Under the pieces are notes generated by a model that worked only from the letters and a program-made list of their open reading frames with translations, was not told the origin of the DNA and did no database searches. Shown piece by piece: positions 8,895 through 16,469 of a stretch of 54,023 nucleotides of DNA (within the stretch, counting starts at the first letter, position 1; every line of letters starts with the position of its first letter). Origin of the DNA: a virus (Duplodnaviria > Caudoviricetes); IMG/VR virus record IMGVR_UViG_3300049788_000021, positions 1 to 54,023 of that record; one strand, 5' to 3'. Both the position numbers and the translations under genes were made by a program.

Positions 8895-9302
8895 CTAGCG
8901 CGAGAGGGAACTTGTCCGGACGCGTACCTCCCGGTACTGCGCAATGGTCTTTCGCGCTTCCTGGCACGCCTCGCGGATCATATCGTGGAAATAGCTCCCG
9001 CACCTGCCGCGCTCCCCGCGTGCCTCATACTCGCGGTTCTGCTGGCCACACTCGCGGTGGTCCATGAAATCCTCCAGCGATTTGTAGACGCAGTTGCCCA
9101 AATACGCCTCGCCTACTTTGTCGCCATGGTAATACACGGCAACATGCGCGACGAAGGCAATCAGTTCCCCATCGTCCAAACCCTTGGCCACCTCCCCGCT
9201 GTCGTCCCAGGAAATATCCAGGTCTTCTTCGGGGAAGGCCTGACAGATCACCGAAAAGTTTTTGGTTCTAAACTCGCGCATCAATCCAAGTCTCCGGTAC
9301 AT
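8895..9302 (-). CDS. Hypothetical protein
   Basis: ATG at 9302 downstream of the GGAGTGGAC motif. Confidence 0.75.
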   Translation of the reverse strand: MYRRLGLMREFRTKNFSVICQAFPEEDLDISWDDSGEVAKGLDDGELIAFVAHVAVYYHGDKVGEAYLGNCVYKSLEDFMDHRECGQQNREYEARGERGRCGSYFHDMIREACQEARKTIAQYREVRVRTSSLSR

Positions 9303-9391
9303 GGTTGTCCACTCCATTTACTAAGATTTAACTACGGGAACGAATGCTTCCCTTGCTCCGCGTCTGTCACCCACGGAGGATAGCGAAACAC

Positions 9392-9646
9392 TCACCTGGA
9401 CCTACTGCTGAAGTGCGGGCTGTGCAGCGCTAAGCCCAACACATACTCGACACAGTAGGCCAAGTACATGGGATCATTCTCCTGCCCCAGTGCCTTGTTG
9501 ATGCGTTCGAGGTTGGGTTTGATTATCAAGTCGGCAACACGTTGCGCGTAAGTTTTTCCGTCCGTGGTCCACTCCCCACGCCATATCTGCGCTGCCAGCA
9601 TGATTTCTTCTTCGCTCAAAAAGTCGTGCAAGCGGATGAGCTTCAT
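9392..9646 (-). CDS. Hypothetical protein
   Basis: Coupled to the upstream gene (ATGA). Confidence 0.7.
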   Translation of the reverse strand: MKLIRLHDFLSEEEIMLAAQIWRGEWTTDGKTYAQRVADLIIKPNLERINKALGQENDPMYLAYCVEYVLGLALHSPHFSSRSR

Positions 9647-10083
9647 GCGCGTATCCAGTACTCTACCCCGTCAAAGTCCGCGCTCATATAATCGGCCTTG
9701 AGCGCATCCGCCGCCGCTTCCCAGTCGATATGATCGTTTGGCCAGGAAGCGTTTTTGTCGATTGCGCCAATGTCTTCGGCAAGTTGCTGGGCGTACTCCT
9801 CGAAATAAGAGTCCCGAATGAGGGTTTCCCCGTGGTTCCAATCCGGCGAACCAGAGGCTTCTTCTTCGAGCTTTTCGAGCGCTTTCAGTTCGTTGTACTC
9901 GTCCTCGCCAAAGTCCACGGAAGAGGCAAAGGTCCTGCCGTCCGCAGCGGTGAGCATATCCTGATCGTCCGGATTTTCCGCCGCATCGTCGCGGTAGTCC
10001 TGCAGTTCGCGTATGCGGCGGATCACGTCTCGACTGTCGATTATGTCTTGACCGTTGTGTACTTCGTTTCTTGCTCTAATCAT
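9643..10083 (-). CDS. Highly acidic ArdA-like antirestriction/DNA-mimic candidate
   Basis: Very D/E-rich; C-terminal HIDWEAAADALKADYMSADFDGVEYWIR resembles the ArdA C-terminal motif. Confidence 0.55.
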   Translation of the reverse strand: MIRARNEVHNGQDIIDSRDVIRRIRELQDYRDDAAENPDDQDMLTAADGRTFASSVDFGEDEYNELKALEKLEEEASGSPDWNHGETLIRDSYFEEYAQQLAEDIGAIDKNASWPNDHIDWEAAADALKADYMSADFDGVEYWIRA

Positions 10084-10246
10084 GGTGTGTCCACTCCAGT
10101 TTAGTTTTTAGATTTTTGAGAGGGAGGTTGACGTACTCCCTCTCCGTGCTTGCAGTTGATGAGGCTGCTACGCTGGCCACATGGCGGGAGAAAACTCCCC
10201 GTTGCGGGGAAAGAGGTTTTCGTAACCATGCAGCAAGACCGTTGCC

Positions 10247-10441
10247 TTATTGGTTATCATCCTCCAGGCGTTCCAACCGTTTTTCATGCGCATGCACAAT
10301 CTTGGCCAAGTCGGCAACCAGTTGCGCCAGACTGGCCACCGCATTGGTTAATTGGCGCACCTCTTCAGTTAGCTTGGCTTCGTTTTGCAGCAACATCTCT
10401 AGGCCGCGCTCGAAACGATCCAATCGTTCTGTGTCGCTCAA
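10247..10441 (-). CDS. Small coiled-coil protein
   Basis: GGAGGA SD then TTG; heptad pattern ERLDRFERGLEML...HEKRLERLE. Confidence 0.6.
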   Translation of the reverse strand: MSDTERLDRFERGLEMLLQNEAKLTEEVRQLTNAVASLAQLVADLAKIVHAHEKRLERLEDDNQ

Positions 10442-10662
10442 TCTATCCTCCCTGGTCCTTTGGCGATTTCGGACCACGCTTCGTTGTGGTACTGGAAACA
10501 GGTGCCGCACTTTTTGCAGCCCGCCGTGTACAGTCCTGCTGCGCCACTGACAAAAAGAAATTGACGCCAATTGTGGTTGCCGCAAGGACAGAGTAGTTTG
10601 CCCTCCGCAATCTTGCGGCAGTCGTCGAAAAACTTCTGAGTTTTCTGGTCCATGGTGCTCAC
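10438..10662 (-). CDS. Small zinc-ribbon protein
   Basis: CPCG...CKKCG. Confidence 0.6.
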   Translation of the reverse strand: MSTMDQKTQKFFDDCRKIAEGKLLCPCGNHNWRQFLFVSGAAGLYTAGCKKCGTCFQYHNEAWSEIAKGPGRID

Positions 10663-10904
10663 TCGTTTTCGAGATGCTCCCAGAGCGCTTGCTCGCGCTT
10701 AGTACGCTCGCGCATCTCTTCTGCGGTGTACACTCCGCGTGTGTCGTACCACTCGCGCAGCGCTCCCCGGAAATACTCCACCATATCGGCGTCGATTAGT
10801 TCCTGCGAAGTGTCTTGAAAATGGATGACCACCTTTTCGCTACCACCCCGCAAACCTGCGGCAGGTTCCGCGTGCCATAGCACTTCAAAGATTAGCTTTG
10901 CCAT
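10659..10904 (-). CDS. Hypothetical protein
   Basis: ATG follows the GGAGTGGAC motif. Confidence 0.7.
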   Translation of the reverse strand: MAKLIFEVLWHAEPAAGLRGGSEKVVIHFQDTSQELIDADMVEYFRGALREWYDTRGVYTAEEMRERTKREQALWEHLENE

Positions 10905-11116
10905 TGGTCCACTCCTCGGCTAAAAATTTTTCCTTTCTCAGTATGCCCAACTTAACACGAAATTTTTTTGAAACGCCAGTATCAACATTAGCGTACGTAA
11001 CATATTGAGCGCTGGCCTGTTGCTCCCTGGCATGCTCCCCGGCGAGGTGCTCTTCCCTGGCCAGGGACGGACGCGGGAGAGGGATTGTCTCCCCTCTCGC
11101 GTCTCGCGTTTCCCGT

Positions 11117-11344
11117 TTACTTGTCTATCACCTCCAGAGACGCCGTGGATACCATGCAAATGAACCGTCCGGTGGACGGATCACCCACATAGCATTGACC
11201 CATGGTATTCTCGCGAGGTGCTCCAGGTAGACGGATCACTCGCACGGTTTGTCCCTTTTGCAAGGTATTCCCCTGGCACGGATGGAACACGTCCCAACCT
11301 ACTGGGGAATACTTATACAAACCATTTAGACGCACTTTTCTCAT
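11117..11344 (-). CDS. Hypothetical protein (possibly small beta-barrel)
   Basis: ATG at 11344 follows the CACAAGGGAGAAAA motif. Confidence 0.7.
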   Translation of the reverse strand: MRKVRLNGLYKYSPVGWDVFHPCQGNTLQKGQTVRVIRLPGAPRENTMGQCYVGDPSTGRFICMVSTASLEVIDK

Positions 11345-11454
11345 CGTTTGAGGTTTTCTCCCTTGTGATTTTATTTCGAGGTTACATCTCACCTCTGACG
11401 CGTCCCTCACGGATCACGCGAGGGACGCCTAGGCTGTGAGAGGTTTACCCTCCG

Positions 11455-11787
11455 CTAATCCCACACGGGACGAGCAGCCCTTGCGGTATAGTCGAACTCC
11501 CTGGCCACGTGCACCGTGTAGGTAGTATTGGCTTCGAGGTGTACCGTGCCATGTTCTTCGTGCACGATAGAAACGCCACGTTCCGATACTTTAACGATGG
11601 CATCCCCCCATGACGGACGGAACACCTCCGCGTCGGTTAACACCTCCACACGGTGGTGATGTCCGGTGGCCTCTCCCTCACGGATCACTCCGTCTGCTAC
11701 TTTGGCCCTTTGCAGGTAGTCCGTGTTGGTATCTATGGAATACTGTGGGATAAAAAGTAAATCACCTTGCCTAATTAAATTGGCCAT
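11455..11787 (-). CDS. His-rich RQGD/GExTGH protein (usual partner of DUF6745 proteins)
   Basis: RQGDLLF...EGEATGHHH...HEEH...REFD...PVWD. Confidence 0.7.
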   Translation of the reverse strand: MANLIRQGDLLFIPQYSIDTNTDYLQRAKVADGVIREGEATGHHHRVEVLTDAEVFRPSWGDAIVKVSERGVSIVHEEHGTVHLEANTTYTVHVAREFDYTARAARPVWD

Positions 11788-11883
11788 ACGATTGTCCACT
11801 CCTGATTTAGATTTACCTACTCGACACGTATTAGGTGTCTATTGCGCATCCAATCCGAAACGCACGGGATGCGCGATAGCTGC

Positions 11884-12849
11884 CTAAGTTTCTTGCGTCA
11901 ACTGGCCTAGATAGTCGGTAGTGTTGAACATCCAATCCAGGGCGGCAGACACGCTAGTGATGTTCGGGGGAACCATATTGAGATAAACTGCGCCAGTACT
12001 TGGACACGTCATCTTTAATCCCACTAAGGACTCACCATTCCACCTATCCGCACGGATCACTAAGCGGAGTAGAGCGTAGTCCTTGAGCGTGGCTACCGTT
12101 TCGGGATTGGCGTCTAGAAAAAACCGTTCCATCCCGTAGCACATCATTTTCGCCGTACGTATGGTGGTATTGTTTTCCGCAAGAATGCTTTGCACCGATA
12201 GATCACGGTACTTGTGCTCTTTTCGGATCACCTCGCATCCACACGTGTACTTGCCAATGGCCAAACGCCTAGCACGTCGAAAAGCACGGGAAAGTGTCTC
12301 GCAGTGGCGTCTCTCCCATCTTCCCTTGTTCGCATATTGGCATCCCGTGCGGATCACCTGGATGCCGCGTGATTTTCTCAACCAATAATTAGCGCGATTA
12401 ATCGGGCGCTTCTCCGCGTTCCGTTCTTCGCGTCTCGCGTCTCGATACTCTTGGACGTTTCCCCCAACTATGCTTCCGTCTGGATTAATGGTGGCGTCCG
12501 GATCACAGGTTACCTCCGGACCTTTCGGGTTGCGCCAGGAGCCACAGGAAAGCACGGTCATTCCGTCCGAGTTTCGCCTACTGCTCATAGGTTCCCCATG
12601 CACGGAATAATCGGAGGGTAGGTATTGGTTCATGCGATCATAGGTGGTCCGCGTGTGATAACCTCCGGTATTTACCTCTATGCTACCGTCTGAAAAGAAC
12701 GTGAGAATGTCCGTTTCATGTAGCAATACCGCGTAGGCATCCGGATCACCTGTGCCTTGTGTGCGTCTCTTTAGGTAGGTATTGTTGGCCAATCGTTTCG
12801 ACTGGGAACACCTCCCCACGAGAAGTTTGTTTGCCTCACTGTAGTTCAT
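11884..12849 (-). CDS. Protein with a C-terminal DUF6745-like domain
   Basis: LKMTCPSTGAVYLNMVPP...AALDWMF; N-terminal NTGGYHTRTTYDRMN domain. Confidence 0.65.
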   Translation of the reverse strand: MNYSEANKLLVGRCSQSKRLANNTYLKRRTQGTGDPDAYAVLLHETDILTFFSDGSIEVNTGGYHTRTTYDRMNQYLPSDYSVHGEPMSSRRNSDGMTVLSCGSWRNPKGPEVTCDPDATINPDGSIVGGNVQEYRDARREERNAEKRPINRANYWLRKSRGIQVIRTGCQYANKGRWERRHCETLSRAFRRARRLAIGKYTCGCEVIRKEHKYRDLSVQSILAENNTTIRTAKMMCYGMERFFLDANPETVATLKDYALLRLVIRADRWNGESLVGLKMTCPSTGAVYLNMVPPNITSVSAALDWMFNTTDYLGQLTQET

Positions 12850-12875
12850 CGTTTGTTTTTCTCCCTTGTGTTGGC

Positions 12876-12950
12876 GTCTCTCATCAGTGGCGAGTATCAC
12901 TCACCATACGTCCGGATCACGCGAGAACACCTCTCCGGACGTTTCGAGAC
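12876..12950 (-). ncRNA. Type II hammerhead ribozyme HH1
   Basis: Minus strand: GUCUC-GAAA-CGUCCGGA(loop)UCCGGACG-UA-UGGUGAGU GAU ACUCGCCA-CUGAUGA-GAGAC; complete core, three stems, GUA cleavage triplet. Confidence 0.93.
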
Positions 12951-13186
12951 TAGCGAGTTTCCCAGTACGCCAAATTGGCGAGCACGACGGATACGGTGTC
13001 TCCCTGCAGGGTACGGAGCACTAGCGTCCCGTTCTCGGGAACGAGCACCTCTGTTACGTCTGAAACTACACGGTCATTTTCCGCATTAACGAAATGAAGT
13101 ACGACGCGTACGGTTTTTCCGTCGTACTGCAGGCAATCGTGACACTCGCATTTTCCATACAGTGACTGTTTGTAATTGTGTTCCAT
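12950..13186 (-). CDS. 78-aa hypothetical protein bracketed by the two hammerheads
   Basis: AGGGAG SD; MEHNYKQSLYGKCECHDC...YWETR; the TAG stop overlaps the first base of HH1. Confidence 0.75.
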   Translation of the reverse strand: MEHNYKQSLYGKCECHDCLQYDGKTVRVVLHFVNAENDRVVSDVTEVLVPENGTLVLRTLQGDTVSVVLANLAYWETR

Positions 13187-13205
13187 TTTTTCTCCCTTGT
13201 GTTTT

Positions 13206-13264
13206 CCTCTCATCAGAGCACGTACCACGTGCTTACGTCCGGAGCACCTCCGGACGTTTCGAGG
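13206..13264 (-). ncRNA. Type II hammerhead ribozyme HH2
   Basis: Minus strand: CCUC-GAAA-CGUCCGGAG GUG CUCCGGACG-UA-AGCACGU GGU ACGUGCU-CUGAUGA-GAGG; complete core, GUA triplet. Confidence 0.93.
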
Positions 13265-13265
13265 T

Positions 13266-13538
13266 TTAATCGTACATGCCGCGTACTTCGTTAGCCCATC
13301 CAATTGGATCATTCTCACGCGTGCAACTGTCGCAAACATAATGGTGGCGTCCCTTGTACGCGGAAATAGGTGCGCCGCATTGTGGACAGGTGAACCGTGA
13401 TCCACTACGCGGAGGTGTGGGAACACCGGAGAAACATTCCTTACACTTTCCCTCGTGTTCCCTGGCAAAATGTTTGGTGGTAATCCCCTGGCAAGAGATG
13501 CAATTGGTTTGATATTTCGAGAACTGAGAACGGATCAC
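13266..13538 (-). CDS. Double zinc-finger protein
   Basis: GGAGG SD then GTG; CISC, CKEC, CPQC and CDSC. Confidence 0.65.
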   Translation of the reverse strand: MIRSQFSKYQTNCISCQGITTKHFAREHEGKCKECFSGVPTPPRSGSRFTCPQCGAPISAYKGRHHYVCDSCTRENDPIGWANEVRGMYD

Positions 13539-13630
13539 TCCGCACCTCCGTCCCGATAGTGTTCTTCCCATAGACCAATTACATACGGTAGGTAGAACAA
13601 GAGAAAAACGAAACCAAGTAATTGGATCAC
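13535..13630 (-). CDS. 31-aa membrane peptide (not in the ORF track)
   Basis: VIQLLGFVFLLFYLPYVIGLWEEHYRDGGAE; GTGA overlaps with both neighbouring genes; GGAGG SD. Confidence 0.65.
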   Translation of the reverse strand: MIQLLGFVFLLFYLPYVIGLWEEHYRDGGAE

Positions 13631-13977
13631 TGCGCACCTCCGTCGTTCGAGGTGAGCATGAGCATGCTAGCGAAATAGTTCTCTTTGTCCGGATCACGTC
13701 CCTCTGCGATAGCCTTACACTTGCGCTTAGCTATCTCATACCGTATTGAGGTGTAATTGCAGAGACACTCTCCGGAGTTTAACGCCGTAAGTTTGTAGAG
13801 AAACAAGGTAACGATGGGATGAGTGTTAACGTAGTCCGTCCCGCGTCCGCGTTCCCTGGCATGCTCCCAAACTACAAGCAATACCTGCTCTGCTAGCGTG
13901 TGGATCACTCCGCTAGCATTGCACGCGTTCTGTACGTCTAACGCGAGTTTTGCCGCTAACTGCAAAGTAATTGTCAT
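13627..13977 (-). CDS. Hypothetical protein, first gene of the leftward operon
   Basis: AGGGAG SD; LALDVQNACNASGV...NTHPIVTLF. Confidence 0.75.
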   Translation of the reverse strand: MTITLQLAAKLALDVQNACNASGVIHTLAEQVLLVVWEHARERGRGTDYVNTHPIVTLFLYKLTALNSGECLCNYTSIRYEIAKRKCKAIAEGRDPDKENYFASMLMLTSNDGGAQ

Positions 13978-14071
13978 TCGTTTGTTTTCTCCCTGGTAAA
14001 GTGCGCCTCGCGTCCCGGTCGAGTTATCACCTCAACCCTGAAAATGAGACGCCTAGATATAGCTGTATAGC

Positions 14072-14100
14072 AGTGTAACACAGAACGAAAATATTTTCAA
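14072..14100 (-). promoter_or_regulatory. Sigma70-type promoter of the leftward early operon
   Basis: TTGAAA-17 bp-TACACT with an extended -10 TG and A/T-rich upstream sequence. Confidence 0.7.
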
Positions 14101-14538
14101 CACCTCGGAAAATGACAATACAGCAAAGAGAAAAACAAGAGGAAAAAAAGATAAGATAAGCTTAATATGTATTGCCAGTAAACACGCGAGAACGTTTTAC
14201 GAGGGAAAATGCGTTTCGCGTCCCTGGTATTTGCGTCTCTCACCTCGCGTCCCTGGCATCTCTCGAACGAGCACGGGACGGATCACCTCCGGGCGCATCC
14301 GTGTTGGTATCATTAGTGACTACAGGGACGGACGCCACCGGACGCAAGTGTAACTCGCGAATGTACTTACTGATAACGTTAATCGGTTTGTAAAACCGAC
14401 GTGCTGCCTATACGTACGGGTAATTGTATACGTACTGGTACGGGAACCCCATCCCATCAGAGCAAGGCCCGCCCCGTTTAGATCGGGCCTGGGCCGCTCG
14501 CTATTGCTAGGCCTTCATCCTCACTTCTTCCCTTTTTT

Positions 14539-14572
14539 TGCCCAACTTGTCTTGTAATACCATGCCCAACTT
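14539..14572 (-). promoter_or_regulatory. Two direct copies of the AAGTTGGGCA motif, 24 bp apart
   Basis: TGCCCAACTT at 14539 and 14563; the same core recurs near 3514, 10944, 21051, 26036 and 44162. Confidence 0.55.
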
Positions 14573-14728
14573 GTTAGAGTTTGGTTTTGCTGTTAGGGTA
14601 TTTTGCTTAATACGTCGTCATGGTGAAGTAGTGGAGGGAGGAGGGCTGCAGGGGGTTTTTGCTTTTTTGCTGTTGAAGCATTTTTTCCTTTTTAGTTCTT
14701 CTGCCTTTTTTTTCTCTGGTGAGGTGGT

Positions 14729-15034
14729 TTGGGGGTGGTGAAGATGGGCTGGTGGGCCAGCGAAGCGGCGGATGAGTTTTGGCGCAAGTGGCACAAGCCG
14801 GGGAGTGCTGAGGCGCGGACGGAGGAGATGCGCAGAGCGTTACGCGAGAGTGTGTCGTGTTTAGAGGAGTGTGCCACGTTGTTAGCGGAGATGGTGATGC
14901 GCTTTGGGGATCACGTGATATTGGATGATACGTTGGAGGGGGCCACGGAGTGGAAGTTCAGCGAAGGGGTGAAGATGTATTTTGCGAAGGCCAAGGAGAT
15001 GAGGGAGAAGTGGGAGTTGCCGGAGGATGAATGA
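14729..15034 (+). CDS. Hypothetical protein
   Basis: First ORF of the rightward accessory region. Confidence 0.55.
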   Translation: MGVVKMGWWASEAADEFWRKWHKPGSAEARTEEMRRALRESVSCLEECATLLAEMVMRFGDHVILDDTLEGATEWKFSEGVKMYFAKAKEMREKWELPEDE

Positions 15035-15599
15035 AGTTTTGCGATTTCGTTTTTTCTTTTTTTTTGCTAGTGGTTTTTTTTACGCTCCTGAGTTTTACCG
15101 TGTAGTGATCGAGTGCAATTTGAACTGAGCGAACCAATGATGAGTGAGAAGTGGCCGCATCATCCGTGGGAGCAGAGTTTTGATGGGGGCGCAGTGAGCG
15201 ACAAGCCAAAAACGGAGGCTGAAGTAGAAGACTACTTAGAGGATAACAATCTTTGCGTATGTGACCATCGCAAGCGTTCGCACCACTATCGTAGCGAGCG
15301 TTGCATGATCCCTGCTTGTGGCTGCACCAGATATGATGAAGTGGAAGCCGTGAGCGAGCGAGCGAAGGAAGTAGCGCGGGAGTTGATGCAACAGGTAGAT
15401 AGATACCTCAAGGGTGAGATTGGTGGTACAGAGCTACGCGAGCGCATCGCCGCAGCCATCGACGCGGCGGTAGCGGAGCAGCGGGAGCGGAGCAGCGGGA
15501 GCGGATGGAAGCATTGGTTGCCAAGTGGCGTGATGAGACAGACTATCATGCCCAGTGTGCTAACGAGTTGGCCGCAGCCATTCGCCAGAACGGGCGTGG

Positions 15600-15785
15600 G
15601 TGATGGACGATTATCACAACAGTGGTTTGATGGACCCGCAGGACCCGATACTTCCCCAGGATGAGGTGGTGGTTTTTGTGATCCGTGACACGGGTTACTT
15701 GGTGGCCAAAACCCGTGATGGGTTCAATGTGAAGCTGCTGGAGCGCTGGGCCTTTACTCTGGAGATTGACGAGCATGCTTGGTAG
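15600..15785 (+). CDS. Hypothetical protein
   Basis: ORF. Confidence 0.45.
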   Translation: MMDDYHNSGLMDPQDPILPQDEVVVFVIRDTGYLVAKTRDGFNVKLLERWAFTLEIDEHAW

Positions 15786-16017
15786 CCGGGGGGTATGCGG
15801 CATGGTGTTTTTCCAAGAGATGAACATTCCGGGGACTGAGCACGGGTCGATTATACTTTTCAGGTTGGCCTTGGTGTTGCTGCTGGTGGTATGGCCGGGG
15901 ACGGTATGGCTGGCATATTTCCGGGGCAAACGCGAGGGTCGCCGGGAGCAGCAGTACGAGTTAGAGCGGGCCATGAGGACCCAGCGGCAGCACATGACCC
16001 AGATGCGCGGCAGGTAG
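15766..16017 (+). CDS. Small membrane protein
   Basis: Hydrophobic segment LALVLLLVVWPGTVWLAYF. Confidence 0.5.
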   Translation: MTSMLGSRGVCGMVFFQEMNIPGTEHGSIILFRLALVLLLVVWPGTVWLAYFRGKREGRREQQYELERAMRTQRQHMTQMRGR

Positions 16018-16025
16018 GCACACAA

Positions 16026-16331
16026 ATGGATCGTCGGAACTTTTTCCGTTTAACTTTTTCGGCTACGGCGGGCGGGTTGTTGTTGCCCTCGTCGGTGTGG
16101 CCGTTTCGCAAGATATTTGTGTCTGCCGCGCCGCAGCTTTACACCCCCGAGGTGGGCTACAGTTTACTGCAAGCCTCTGTTCCGCTGGACTATCGCATGG
16201 AGTGGTCGGAAACCATGGGCATGTGGGTAGCGCATGCCTGTGTTGATCCCCAGGCACAGTCTCCGGAAGAAATGGTTTACGGGCAAGTTGTTCCTGCCTG
16301 GAGGGCGTATGAGTTACGACGTAAAGTGTGA
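16026..16331 (+). CDS. Protein with a twin-arginine (Tat)-like signal
   Basis: MDRRNFFRLTFSATAGGLLLP. Confidence 0.6.
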   Translation: MDRRNFFRLTFSATAGGLLLPSSVWPFRKIFVSAAPQLYTPEVGYSLLQASVPLDYRMEWSETMGMWVAHACVDPQAQSPEEMVYGQVVPAWRAYELRRKV

Positions 16332-16469
16332 GCAGTTAGCGGAGGCGTTTTTAGCGGATGTACCGGGGCGACCGTACAGCAGCCAGGAGTTGATGGACCT
16401 TGCCCAAGTCATTCAGAACGCTATTGAGGGTTGGTTTGCGGAGCGTGCGGCAGCGCCAGCGGAGGAGTA

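Noticed and set aside
14280-14290. GGATCACCTCC as a 16S rRNA fragment
   Set aside because: Only an 11-nt match with no flanking rRNA similarity; treated as part of the GGATCAC motif cluster
11178-14290. CRISPR-like array from the recurring motifs
   Set aside because: The repeats are only 7-16 bp, irregularly spaced and mostly within ORFs; no cas genes
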